DNA from: an uncultured delta proteobacterium
Lineage (GTDB): Bacteria; Desulfobacterota; Binatia; DP-6
NCBI GenBank assembly: GCA_963815115.1
Contig: CAWFFN010000007.1
Span: forward strand, 992,001-1,056,000
Direction of reading: 5' to 3'
DNA: 64,000 nucleotides
Numbering within the stretch: position 1 is the first letter of the stretch; every line of letters starts with the position of its first letter. Below, piece by piece: positions 48,727 through 58,606 of this stretch. Under the pieces are notes generated by a model, which did no database searches, had not been told where the DNA came from, and worked only from the letters and a program-made list of their open reading frames with translations. The position numbers and the translations under genes were made by a program.

Positions 48727-50236
48727 GCGGCGGCGCTCGCCCGCGTGCGCTCGGCCGGCGTGGCCGGTCCGGTTGGCGTCCGGGACATGATCTCGTCCGA
48801 CGACTCCACGAGCCGCGCAGCTCCGACGGCGACCCCGAACAACATGAACACGAGCTTGTAGGTGGCCGCTCCGCTCACGTGATCCATGTTGAGCGCCCAG
48901 ATGAGCGTAATCAGCGACCAGAACAGCCAGAGCCCGGCACTTTGCAGCTCGACGTCCGCAGATTCTTGAGCCGAGAGGCCGCCTGCAAGGCCACCCGGAA
49001 CAGGCAGATGAACGCCAGCAGGCCGAAGATGCCGGTCTCAGCCCAGGTCAGGAAGAACTGATTGTGAACGATGAAGACCCATCCCTCGGCGCCTGCCCTG
49101 GCGGCGTAGTCGCGCACCTGGCTGGTCCCGGTGTTGAGACCGATACCCACGAGGGGATGCGCCTTGATCATCTCCACGGCGATGAGTACGAGTCGCTTGC
49201 GCGTCTCGTAGTCGTCCATGTGGTTCTGCTCCACGCGCGCGGCGATGAACGGCCACGCGACCAGGAGCACCAGCAGCCCGCCCCCGGCCAGCGCGACGAG
49301 GCGCTCCGCCCGCAATTGACCTCGGCGAACGGCGGCCCACAGGATCCCGCCGCCGCCGAGAATGAGCCCGATCCAGGCGGTCCTGGTCTGGGTCAGCAAA
49401 AGCGCGAAGCCTCCGATCCCGAGCTGCAGATTGAGCCAGAGTCGATCCCTCGTGCCCATCGGCTGGTAGAGGCGGCTCAGAGCCGACAGCAACCCCACGA
49501 CCAACATGGTCGCGGCGGCGGACGGGGTGTTGAGCGTCCCGGTAAACCGTCCGCTGAGGGCCACGACGTCCTCGCCAGGCAGGCCGCGGCTGAGCGAGAC
49601 CTGCGCACCGGTCACGAAGCTGACGATGATGAGCACGCTTTGGATGAGGAGGGTCCACGCCACGAGTCGTTGCACGAGCCGCAGGCCGTCACGCGTAGTC
49701 GACTGATCGGCGACGGCGAGCTCGATGAGCGCCAGCGTCAGGATCTCAAAGAGACCGAAGGTCACGAGCTGGCGGTCAGTCGTGCTCAGACTCGACGCGA
49801 CGCCGGCGCCGAACATCACGATCATCCACCACATCGTGCGACGGTCGACGAAGAGCGGTGGGCCGAGTCGCCGCGCTGCCATGAGGGTCCGGAGCGCCAG
49901 GAGGAGTGCAGCGACGATCAGGATCGGGGAGATCAGGATGCCGTACGGACCCGCCGGCTTGAAGGGGCGGAACGAGTACGCGATCGCGACGTCCACCTGA
50001 TACGAGAGCAGCAACGTGGCGAACAGGAGCCGCTCGAGCGACCCCGCCCGCCGGAGAAGGCTCGGAATGAAGGCGAGCAGCACCGCCGCGCCGAGCCCGT
50101 ACACCGCGAACCGCGTCTCCTGACCGAAGAGGTAGATCACGGCGAGGCCGATGACGAGGCCGACGCCGAGGCCGGGCAGAAAGCTGCCCTGCCGCGCTCG
50201 TCGTCGGGTCGCGTCGTCGAGCACCGCCGGTGTCAC
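48723..50236 (-). pseudogene. O-antigen ligase/Wzy-family polymerase, frameshifted near 48965 (real lesion or sequencing error)
   Basis: R..GT..TP, TQTRTAW, HP..GIG and VHNQF motifs. The frame stops at 48911, but another frame encodes two more TMs (GLWLFWSLITLIWAL..LVFMLFGVAVG) and ends at TGA 48723, overlapping the next ATG. Confidence 0.78.
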
Positions 50237-51672
50237 AGGGCCACCCGCTTCGCGCCGCGCGCCACGGGCCATCCCAGGCTCTGCCGCAACTCGTCCAGCG
50301 GCACGAGTCCGAGCATCAGACAGGCGACGCCAAACGAGATCAGTGCAACAGAGGTGGCGATGATCGGGCCGGTGAACGAGAGGCTCCACAGCACGACCAG
50401 CGCCGCCGTGGTCGCGACGGCCACGCGCAGGAGATCCGGCCCGAGGGCGAGTGGCGCCGCCCAGCGGACGACGCCGGCGTACTGCAGGACCGCGTACACG
50501 GACGACGCCGCCAGCACCGCGACCGCCGCGCCCGCCGCGCCGAAGCGCGGGACCAGCAGCAGCGCGCCGCCCGCGCTCACCGCCATGCTGACCAGATTGA
50601 CCCCCAGGTCGACCGCCTGGCGATCGGCCGCGAACAGCACCTGCGCCAGGACGATCGCGATCGAGAACGGAAGCACCGCCCAGGCGAGGATGCGCAGGAT
50701 GTCGGCGGCTCCGGCGAGGTCCGCCCCGAACAGGAGGTGGATCACCGGGCCGGCGCACCCATAGAGCCCCAGCACGATCGGAACCGAGAGGAGCAGGCCG
50801 TTGCGCGTCGCGCGCCGGGCCGCGGCGGCGTACTCGATCTGACCGGCGGCGCGCAGCCGCGCCAGCACCGGATACATCGCGCGCGCGAAGGCGGGCGTCA
50901 CGGTGCGCGCGAGATCGACCATGCGCAGCGCGGCGCTGTACAAGCCGACGTCCCGCCAGCTCCCCAGGCTCGAGATGAGGAAGACGTCGGCACGGGCGTA
51001 GAGTGCGTTCACCACCGGGATCAGGCCGGTGACCGGTACGTAGCCGGCGAGCCGCCAGACGATCCGCCGGTCGAGACGCCCGCCACGGACGCCGCGGTGC
51101 CGCAACGCCAGCACGAAGACGAGCGCCGCCGCCACCCGCAGCGCGAGCAGCAGGACGGCGATGGCGACGACCCCGAACCCGCCGAGCACCAGCCCGGTGC
51201 CGATCGCGGCCCGGACCGCCGTCTCGGCCAGGTTGATCACCACGAAGTCGCGGGCATTCTCGAACGCCAGCAAGATCGCCTCGGCGCACTGCGTGACGGC
51301 CGAGGGCAGCACCGTGAGCGCCGTCAACCCGAGCGCCAGGGCCATGTCGCCGTCCGAGACCCGGAGCGCGCACACGCCGAGCGCCACCGCGACGAGAGGG
51401 AGCACGAGCGCGGACGACAGGGCCACCGCGTTGACGAACCAGCGGCCAGCGTCCTGCGGCCCCTGGGCCGCCTCGCGGGTGAGAACGACCGGCAGGCCGA
51501 ACCCGGCGGCCGACATGCAGAACACGAACACGCTCATCAGGAGCGAGTACTTCCCGAGTGTCTCGACACCCTGGAGGCGGCTGATGGCCAGCACCAGGAC
51601 GAGCGAGAACATCGGCGCGAGCAGGTTGCTCACCGCGATGAACGCGAAGTTCCTGGACACGGCTCGACTCAT
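50233..51672 (-). CDS. wzx: Wzx-type polysaccharide flippase
   Basis: About 12-14 TMs; R..G....G.Y, D...IS..G....VGLYSAA, LVP.FGA.GAA. Confidence 0.85.
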   Translation of the reverse strand: MSRAVSRNFAFIAVSNLLAPMFSLVLVLAISRLQGVETLGKYSLLMSVFVFCMSAAGFGLPVVLTREAAQGPQDAGRWFVNAVALSSALVLPLVAVALGVCALRVSDGDMALALGLTALTVLPSAVTQCAEAILLAFENARDFVVINLAETAVRAAIGTGLVLGGFGVVAIAVLLLALRVAAALVFVLALRHRGVRGGRLDRRIVWRLAGYVPVTGLIPVVNALYARADVFLISSLGSWRDVGLYSAALRMVDLARTVTPAFARAMYPVLARLRAAGQIEYAAAARRATRNGLLLSVPIVLGLYGCAGPVIHLLFGADLAGAADILRILAWAVLPFSIAIVLAQVLFAADRQAVDLGVNLVSMAVSAGGALLLVPRFGAAGAAVAVLAASSVYAVLQYAGVVRWAAPLALGPDLLRVAVATTAALVVLWSLSFTGPIIATSVALISFGVACLMLGLVPLDELRQSLGWPVARGAKRVAL

Positions 51673-52706
51673 CAGCCTGCGACCCTTCGAGCTCCCGGCG
51701 ATTCGATGACATCCTCGTCCGCCGGCAGGTGGCCTTCGCGGCGCAACCACGCCTCGCAGATGGCCATGCCGTCGTCGATCGAGGTACGCGGCGACCAGCC
51801 GAGCACCTGCCGCGCGCGGTCGATGTCGACGCTGGTTCGCTGCGCCATCAGGCGGACGTCCATGCCCTGCAGGCGTCGCGGTCGCTGCGTCAGCACCCCG
51901 TACACGCGCAGGATCTGCATCTCGAGCTTCGCGCGCCACAGCGGCACCGCCGGCGGCAGCGGCTTGTGGCACATGCGCGCGAAGTAGCCCAGGTACTCGG
52001 CCCACGTCACCGGGCGCTCGCCCGAGACCAGGCAGGCAGCACCGGCGACGCCCGGCGCTTCGGCGGCCGCGCACATGGCGTCGACCAGGTCTTCCACGAA
52101 GATCAGGTTCGCGAGCCCGCTGCCGCCGTCGACCAGGGCGACCTGCTCGAGCTTGACGCGCTCCAGATAGCCGACCACCCAGAGGGGCGCGGCCGGCCCG
52201 TACACCAGCGTCGGCCGCAGGGCCACCACCTCGACACCGCGGGCGCGGCCGAGCTCGAGCGCGAGGCGCTCGCCCTCCGCCTTGCTCACGCCGTAGGCGT
52301 CGCCGCGGCTGATCATCGGCGCGTCCTCGGTGAGCACGGCCGGCAGAGCGTCGCCGTGGACGGCCATGGTGCTCAAGTGCACGATGCGCCGCACGCCGGC
52401 CCTGGCCGCCGCCTCGATGACGTTGCGCGTGCCCTCGACGTTCACGCGGCGGGCGTCCTCGAGCGATTCACCGCCCCAGGCGCAGTGGAACACGACGTCG
52501 CATCCGGCCATGGCAGCCGGGAGCGACTCGGGGCGGGTGACGTCGCCGTGCACGCGCTCGAGCCCGGCGGCCGCCGGACCACCCGGGAGCCGCTGGCGCA
52601 CCAGCGCACGCACCGCCACGTGGCGGTCGAGCAGGCGGTCGACCACGCGCGTGCCGACGAAGCCGTTGGCGCCCGTGACGAGGACGCGTCGCATCCTGGG
52701 ACTCAT
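51672..52706 (-). CDS. NAD-dependent epimerase/dehydratase (SDR)
   Basis: TGANGFVG, YGVSK, LRPTLVYGP. Confidence 0.88.
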   Translation of the reverse strand: MSPRMRRVLVTGANGFVGTRVVDRLLDRHVAVRALVRQRLPGGPAAAGLERVHGDVTRPESLPAAMAGCDVVFHCAWGGESLEDARRVNVEGTRNVIEAAARAGVRRIVHLSTMAVHGDALPAVLTEDAPMISRGDAYGVSKAEGERLALELGRARGVEVVALRPTLVYGPAAPLWVVGYLERVKLEQVALVDGGSGLANLIFVEDLVDAMCAAAEAPGVAGAACLVSGERPVTWAEYLGYFARMCHKPLPPAVPLWRAKLEMQILRVYGVLTQRPRRLQGMDVRLMAQRTSVDIDRARQVLGWSPRTSIDDGMAICEAWLRREGHLPADEDVIESPGARRVAG

Positions 52707-53683
52707 GCGGCGATCCTCCCGTAGCAGCTGTCGATGACGCCGATGGTGGCGCGGACCTCCGCGTCCCGCACCCGGAACGGCTCGCCGGTCTCGATCGCGC
52801 GGCAGAAGTGCGCGATCTGGGCGTCGTACATGTTGCGATCCTCGAGCAGCAGGGTCTGCATGCCGGCGCGCCGGCAGAGGCGCGCGTCCTCGGCGAACAC
52901 GGTCAGCTCGGTCGGCACGTAGAGCGAGGCGCGCGCCCAGCCGCGGGCGCCGCGCACCGTGAAGGAGTTGCCGAGCGGCGTCGAGAAGCTGGCCTGGAGC
53001 GACGCCTGTCCGTCGCCCGGGAAGCGAAGGCCGACCTCCGCGTCGGTCTCGACCTCCCAGCCGCTGGCGAAGGATCCGGCGTACTCGACGTGCGCCGGCG
53101 CCTTTCCCGCGATCCACACCGCGAGGTCGAGCACGTGGACGCCGAGGTCCATCAGCACGCCGCCGCCGGAGAGCGCGCGCTGGCGGCGGAAGTCGGTCCG
53201 GCAGGCGACGCCCTCGTAGGGACCGCCGATGCTCGCGCTCACGCGCTCGACCGGACCGAGCCAGCCCGCCTCGACGACCGTCTTCAGCATCTCGAGCTGC
53301 GGGCTGAAGCGCAGGCAGTGCGCCGTCATCAGGCGGCTTCCGCCGCGTGCCGCCGCCGCCAGCATGCGCTCGACCTCCTCGCCCGTGGTCGCGAGCGGCT
53401 TCTCGCACAGCACGTGAACGCCCTGCTCGAGGAGATCGCACGCGATGGCCGCATGGGTGGTGTTGGGCGTCGCGACCAGCACGGCGTCGACCTTGCCGAT
53501 CAGCCGGCGATAGTCGTCATAGGCCGCCGGCACGCCGGAGCGCTTGGCCACCTTGGCCGCCCATTCCCGGTCCCGGTCGACCAGGCCGACCAGCTGGAGC
53601 GAGGGACACCGGCGCAGGGCGGGGAGCTGGTGCAGGGTGACGATCGCACCGCATCCGACGATGCCGAAGCGCAGCGGCGTCAT
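52703..53683 (-). CDS. Gfo/Idh/MocA oxidoreductase
   Basis: GIVGCG, EKPL, GGGVLMDLGVH. Confidence 0.88.
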   Translation of the reverse strand: MTPLRFGIVGCGAIVTLHQLPALRRCPSLQLVGLVDRDREWAAKVAKRSGVPAAYDDYRRLIGKVDAVLVATPNTTHAAIACDLLEQGVHVLCEKPLATTGEEVERMLAAAARGGSRLMTAHCLRFSPQLEMLKTVVEAGWLGPVERVSASIGGPYEGVACRTDFRRQRALSGGGVLMDLGVHVLDLAVWIAGKAPAHVEYAGSFASGWEVETDAEVGLRFPGDGQASLQASFSTPLGNSFTVRGARGWARASLYVPTELTVFAEDARLCRRAGMQTLLLEDRNMYDAQIAHFCRAIETGEPFRVRDAEVRATIGVIDSCYGRIAA

Positions 53684-54552
53684 GCCGACTGCCTCCTGCC
53701 GGCCCGCGCCGACAGGCGCCGGCGCAGCGCCTGGGGAACCTTGCGCAGGTTGCGCGCGACGAGACCGGCGTCTTCCAGCGTGCGCCGCGCGGCGGCGGCC
53801 CCGTGCTCCCGCGCCGCGAGCACCGTGGCGCCGAGCGCGCCGGCGGCAACGCCGCGCAGGTCGGGCGCGACGTGCATGGCCTCCCACGACGCGACCAGCT
53901 CGTGGCGCGCGATGGCGCGGACGCCCGGCAGATCGCGCGGGTCGATGCCGGCGGCACGAGCGACCGCGCCTTCCACCAGCACGTCGCTCGGGCTCGCCAC
54001 CCACCAGTCGCCGGTCCCGGCGTGGGTGCCACAGGCGACCGCCAGGTCCGATGCGCCGAGGCGGTGCGCCTCGGACAGCAGCAGGCTGGTCGGCGCGCCC
54101 GGATTCAGGTGGGCGAGGATCTCGGCCTGCGCCTGGAGAACGCCGCCGATGCGCCAGCGGCGATCCGGGCGGACCGGAGCAACGGTGACGAGGAAGAAGG
54201 ACTCGAACCAGAGTCGCGGCACGTGCAGCGTGGAGCCCCGAGGACCGCGTACGACGACCGTGTCGTCGCGGTCGATGGTCAGCGTCGCCAGGCCGTTACG
54301 TTGGCCGCCACCCGACGCGAGGTCGAGGAGGTCGATGCGCAGCGCCGGCGAGCGCTCGCGCAGGGCGGCCGCGAGCGCCTGGGCCGTCTCGACCGCCAGG
54401 GAGGACTGGCCGCCCGAGCCGACGTGCAGGATGGCGCGCGAGGTGGCGCGCTCGAGCCAGCCGAGCGCGGCCACGCGGCCGACGAGGTCACGCAGGCGGG
54501 CCGCTCGGACCTGGCCGTCCTGCTCCAGGATCACCAATCTGGTTTCCGTCAC
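53680..54552 (-). CDS. Hypothetical protein, degenerate DUF362-like
   Basis: Coupled to genes on both sides; VP.LWFE..FLVTV, DLAV.CG and AS.S.V.VE..VAR..G.DP..LP resemble DUF362 elements. Confidence 0.5.
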   Translation of the reverse strand: MTETRLVILEQDGQVRAARLRDLVGRVAALGWLERATSRAILHVGSGGQSSLAVETAQALAAALRERSPALRIDLLDLASGGGQRNGLATLTIDRDDTVVVRGPRGSTLHVPRLWFESFFLVTVAPVRPDRRWRIGGVLQAQAEILAHLNPGAPTSLLLSEAHRLGASDLAVACGTHAGTGDWWVASPSDVLVEGAVARAAGIDPRDLPGVRAIARHELVASWEAMHVAPDLRGVAAGALGATVLAAREHGAAAARRTLEDAGLVARNLRKVPQALRRRLSARAGRRQSA

Positions 54553-55355
54553 CACTCCTCCCTTTTCCGGCTCGAGATCAAGCGCCATACGAAGCGGGGG
54601 TTGCCCATCACGTAGCGGCGCCACAGCCTGCGAGGCTCGACGACGAGACGGAAGAGCCATTCGACCCGCAAGCGAAGCATCCAGCGAGGCGCGCGCGGGA
54701 CGCGGCCCGCGAGGTAGTCGAAGAGCGCGCCGACGCCGATCGAGACCGGCACGCCGAGCTGCGCGAGATGCGTCTCGATCCACTGCTCCTGGAGCGGGTT
54801 TCCCAGCGCCACCAGGAGGATGTGCGGCCGCGCGGCACGGACCTGCTGCACGACGCGCTCGAACGCTCCGTAGCCGGGCGCCGCGCCGACGATGCGAACG
54901 TGCCGGCCGCGCCGTGCCAGCATGCGGGCCGCCTGCTCCGTGACCTCCTGACGGCCGCCGAAGAGGAAGACGCGGACTTCGGCCGGACCGAGCGCGGCGA
55001 GCAGCTCCGGGACGAAGTCCGTCCCGACGAAGTTGTGTCCCGCGTCCGCGCGGGCGAGACGCGCAGCGAGCTCGATGCCCGCCCCGTCGCGCAGGACCAG
55101 ATCCGCCTCCTGGAGGAGGCCACGGTAGGCCGGATCACCACAGGCCAGGTTGAGCGTGTGGGCGTTGGCCAGGACCACCTGGTGCGGGCGCCCCGTCGCG
55201 ATCATGCCACGCACCCGCCCGACGGCCCCGGAGAACGAGCACAGCGTGAACGGCACGCCGAGGACGACGAGCTGCCGGCCGTCGTCGCCGGTCGGCTGCT
55301 CGCGGCGGTGCGTGATCCGCTCGGGGGCCGGCGTGCTCATGCTGGGTGAGCCCAT
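54549..55355 (-). CDS. WecB/TagA/CpsF (GT26) glycosyltransferase
   Basis: ANAH, RDG.GI, GTDF, LVALGNP.QE.W, GVGA.FD, RAP, EW.FRL..EP.RLW.RY. Confidence 0.92.
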   Translation of the reverse strand: MGSPSMSTPAPERITHRREQPTGDDGRQLVVLGVPFTLCSFSGAVGRVRGMIATGRPHQVVLANAHTLNLACGDPAYRGLLQEADLVLRDGAGIELAARLARADAGHNFVGTDFVPELLAALGPAEVRVFLFGGRQEVTEQAARMLARRGRHVRIVGAAPGYGAFERVVQQVRAARPHILLVALGNPLQEQWIETHLAQLGVPVSIGVGALFDYLAGRVPRAPRWMLRLRVEWLFRLVVEPRRLWRRYVMGNPRFVWRLISSRKREEW

Positions 55356-55356
55356 G

Positions 55357-56427
55357 TCAGCCGATCCTCGCGAGCGTCCCGGCGGCGGAGGCGAAGTCGG
55401 GACGGTAATCCTGCTCGCACGCGATCGTGTCGCCCAGGCGGAGCTGGCGTGGATCGCGCGGGCGCTCGAGAAAGCCGCGGATCATCGGCGGCGTCCACAC
55501 CGCCCAGTCCGCAATCAGGAGGAACGGCTTGGTGAGGCTCCGGCTGCGCGCGATGAAGAGCACGACCAGGAGCACGCCCAGGAAGAGCGGCGCAAGGAGC
55601 AAACCCTGGTTGCCCGTCAGCACGCTCGCGAGGCCGGCAACCAGGCCGAACGCGACCACCGCCTGGAACTGGAGATATCGCTTCATGCTGCGGGCGTGAG
55701 CGAGGAAGGTCCCCTGTCCGAGGGCCACGCGCAGGGTCTGCCCGTAGCCCTTGATGAGGTTCTCCCGGTAGCGGCGGCCGAGTTCCTGCAGGCTGCCGCG
55801 CGGACCGGTGCGGTGCGTACCCATGACGACCGGGAGCCGCATCACCGCGAAGCCGCTCTTGCGCAGGCGCGCCGCGAGCTCTGCCTCCTCGTAGGAGACG
55901 ATGAAGGGGTTGAAGGAGCCGACGCCGGCGAGCGCGACGCGCCGGTAGATCGCATTGCCTCCCAGCCCCTCGACCGCGGCCGGGGCGTCACCCGAGGCGA
56001 AGACGTCGGCGTTGCGGCCGACCAGGCGGCCGTCCTGGTAGTAGGCCTCGGGCAGCTTGCCGTCCACGGCCGCGACGTCCGGATGGGTCTCGAGAAACTC
56101 CAGGGCCGTCGCCACCCACGCCGCGTCGATCTCCGTGTCGCCATCGACGAAGAGGATGTAGCGGCTGCGCGTGGCCTCCTGGCCGACCAGACGTCCGAGC
56201 GCCGGCGAGAGCGGCGCGTCGGGGCGCAGCTCGATCAGCCGGATGGGCTGCCGGCGCGCGCGCTCCACGGTCCGGTCGCTGGAGCACGAGTCGACCAGCA
56301 CCACCTCGCTGCCGGCAAACGGCGCCACGGCCGCGACCGCCGAGCGCAGGGAGCTCTCGATCCACTGCTCCTCGTTCCGGCTGATCACCACCGCCGCCAC
56401 CAGCGGCTCGTTGCCGATCAATTCCAT
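55357..56427 (-). CDS. GT2 glycosyltransferase with C-terminal TMs
   Basis: RNEE..I..SL, VDS.SSD.T, FVDGD, EE.EL..R. Confidence 0.85.
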   Translation of the reverse strand: MELIGNEPLVAAVVISRNEEQWIESSLRSAVAAVAPFAGSEVVLVDSCSSDRTVERARRQPIRLIELRPDAPLSPALGRLVGQEATRSRYILFVDGDTEIDAAWVATALEFLETHPDVAAVDGKLPEAYYQDGRLVGRNADVFASGDAPAAVEGLGGNAIYRRVALAGVGSFNPFIVSYEEAELAARLRKSGFAVMRLPVVMGTHRTGPRGSLQELGRRYRENLIKGYGQTLRVALGQGTFLAHARSMKRYLQFQAVVAFGLVAGLASVLTGNQGLLLAPLFLGVLLVVLFIARSRSLTKPFLLIADWAVWTPPMIRGFLERPRDPRQLRLGDTIACEQDYRPDFASAAGTLARIG

Positions 56428-57311
56428 ACGCCGGACTCCAGCGCCTCTCGATAGGTGGTCACGCGGCGCGCGGCCGCGATGGTCGCGAGGGTCTCGCGCA
56501 GCAGCGTCCGCTTTCGGGCGAGCGAGTCGCGCATGCCCGGATGGCGCTCCATGCGCGGGTCGACCGCGTCGTGATGCAGATCGAGCAGGTCGGCGGCGTG
56601 GAACTCGTAGAACACGGGCAGCGACGAGCGCAGCAGCGCATCGAGGTTCCGTCGGAACAGTCGCTCCGACACGAAGTAGGCGAACGTGTGATAGACCGGG
56701 AAGCGGAGCCACCGCGTCACCGCGATGGGAAATTCGGCCAGACCGCCCTTCCCGTCGTGCAGCATGTGCGGCCATGACGGCGCGAAGGCGTGGCCCAGCA
56801 CGTCCATGCCGAGAATCGAGCGCTTGCGGGTGCCGCGCCGGTAGGTCGCGAGCCGGCTGGCGAGGAGCGCGGGGGTCGGGAAGATCGACGAGTCGTAGCG
56901 GTACCCGGCCTCGCGCACCATGCGCAGCACGCGACGATCGACGTCCCAGGCCGGCGCCCGGAAGCCGATCACATCGCTCCCGATCGCCGCCGACAGGCGT
57001 CGGCGCGAGCCGTCGATCTCCTCGCGCAGCTCGGCGTCGCCGAGCGCGCTGAAGGGCTGCGGATGGGTGAGGGAATGGCTCGCCACCTCGTGCCCTGCCG
57101 CGACGGCCCTGCGCAGGAGGTCCTGCTGCGCCTCGGCGTCCCGGCCGATCGTGAACAGCACCCCGGGAACCCCGAGCTGGTCGAAGAGCTCGAGCAGGCG
57201 CGGGAGGGCGGTGCGATAGATCAGGTCGCACGGGGGCAGGTCGTCGAAGCCGTACCCCTGGAGGTGGCGGTCGATCGTGTCCAGGTCGCAGGAGAGGACG
57301 GCGTAGCTCAT
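56418..57311 (-). CDS. Polysaccharide deacetylase (CE4)
   Basis: SCDLD, HEVASHSLTH, GFRAPAW, YDSSIFP, EFH. Confidence 0.85.
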   Translation of the reverse strand: MSYAVLSCDLDTIDRHLQGYGFDDLPPCDLIYRTALPRLLELFDQLGVPGVLFTIGRDAEAQQDLLRRAVAAGHEVASHSLTHPQPFSALGDAELREEIDGSRRRLSAAIGSDVIGFRAPAWDVDRRVLRMVREAGYRYDSSIFPTPALLASRLATYRRGTRKRSILGMDVLGHAFAPSWPHMLHDGKGGLAEFPIAVTRWLRFPVYHTFAYFVSERLFRRNLDALLRSSLPVFYEFHAADLLDLHHDAVDPRMERHPGMRDSLARKRTLLRETLATIAAARRVTTYREALESGVWN

Positions 57312-58567
57312 GCCACGGCTCGCTTCCGGCCGAGGCTGTCCACCGCCGCGCGCACGGCTCCGGCGATGAACGCGACGTGCTCGTCCGTGTAGAACTCGTT
57401 CCAGGGCAGCACGACGACCCGCTCGAGGGCCCGCATGGTATCGGGATAGTCGGCCGGGTCGTAGGTGACGTCGGAGCCGCCGTCGCGCACCCGCGAGGCC
57501 CAGGGATACTGGCTTCTGCCGAACGTCTTTCGTTTCATGAATACCTGACACATGAAGGCCGGCTTCTGGATGTAGCGCGGCGCACAGAACACACCCTGCG
57601 CCTTCAAGGCGCCCCCGAGTGCATCTGCCCCGCCCTCGATCACCTCGGGGTCGACCATCAAGGGATACTTCCAGTAGACGTGCGTCGCTCCCGCAATTGG
57701 TCGAGGCGGCGTAATCCCTGGCAGATCAGCCAGTTGTGTCGTCAGCTTGGCAGCCGAGGCACGCCGGCGCGCCACCACGCGGTCGAGTTTCCCGAGCTGG
57801 GCACGGGCGACCGCACCCTGCAGGTCGGTCATGCGATAGTTCAGCGCGAGGAAGTAGTGATCTGGCTGCGGATCGCCGTACCCCCACGCCTTGTCGCTGA
57901 AGAGTGTCATCCAGCGGGCGTAAGCCGGGTCGGAGGTGATGGTGACGCCGCCCTCCCCCGTCGTCATGTGCTTGCCCTGCTGCAGGCTGAAGGCGCCGAT
58001 CGCGCCGATGGTGCCCACCAGCCGGCCGTCCTGCGTCGCGAGGTAGGCCTGCGCGCAGTCCTCGATCACGGGGATGCCGCGCGCATCGGCCAGCAGCTTG
58101 ATGCCGATCACGTCGCATGGGCTGCCGAAGAGATGGGTGACGATGATGGCCCGCGTGCGCGGCGTGATGCGAGCGGCCACCGTCTCGGGCGTGACGTTCA
58201 GGGTCACGGGGTCGACGTCGGCGAACACCGGAATCGCCTGCTGGTAGAGGATCGGGGAGATCGCGCCCATGTCCGTGATCGAGGTCGTGATGATCTCGTC
58301 GCCCGGCTCGGGATCGATGGCCGCGATCGCGGTGTGGCAGGCTGCCGTACCGGAGGTGACGGCGCGCGCGTGCGGCACCCCGTAGCGCTCGGCGAACGCA
58401 CGCTCGAACGCCTTCACCTGCGTGCCTTTCGTGCAGTTGAGGACGCCGGAGTCGATCACCTCGCGCAGGAGGGCGATCTCGTCGTCGCCCAGGTCGCGCC
58501 CGGTATGGTCGGCGTCCGAGGGGAGTGCCGTCGTGTTCATCATGGGGAAGCTCATGGGGAAACTCAT
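57308..58567 (-). CDS. DegT/DnrJ aminotransferase
   Basis: TSGTAA.H, IEDCAQA, FSLQQGKHMTTGEGG, LNYRMTD. Confidence 0.92.
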   Translation of the reverse strand: MSFPMSFPMMNTTALPSDADHTGRDLGDDEIALLREVIDSGVLNCTKGTQVKAFERAFAERYGVPHARAVTSGTAACHTAIAAIDPEPGDEIITTSITDMGAISPILYQQAIPVFADVDPVTLNVTPETVAARITPRTRAIIVTHLFGSPCDVIGIKLLADARGIPVIEDCAQAYLATQDGRLVGTIGAIGAFSLQQGKHMTTGEGGVTITSDPAYARWMTLFSDKAWGYGDPQPDHYFLALNYRMTDLQGAVARAQLGKLDRVVARRRASAAKLTTQLADLPGITPPRPIAGATHVYWKYPLMVDPEVIEGGADALGGALKAQGVFCAPRYIQKPAFMCQVFMKRKTFGRSQYPWASRVRDGGSDVTYDPADYPDTMRALERVVVLPWNEFYTDEHVAFIAGAVRAAVDSLGRKRAVA

Positions 58568-58576
58568 GGGGAAGCT
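58541..58576. repeat. 12-bp tandem repeat x3 (CATGGGGAARCT) spanning the aminotransferase start
   Basis: Units at 58541-58552, 58553-58564 and 58565-58576; encodes MSFP-MSFP-M. Confidence 0.85.
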
Positions 58577-58606
58577 CGGGGTCGCTGATCGAGGTCGAGG
58601 GATCGG

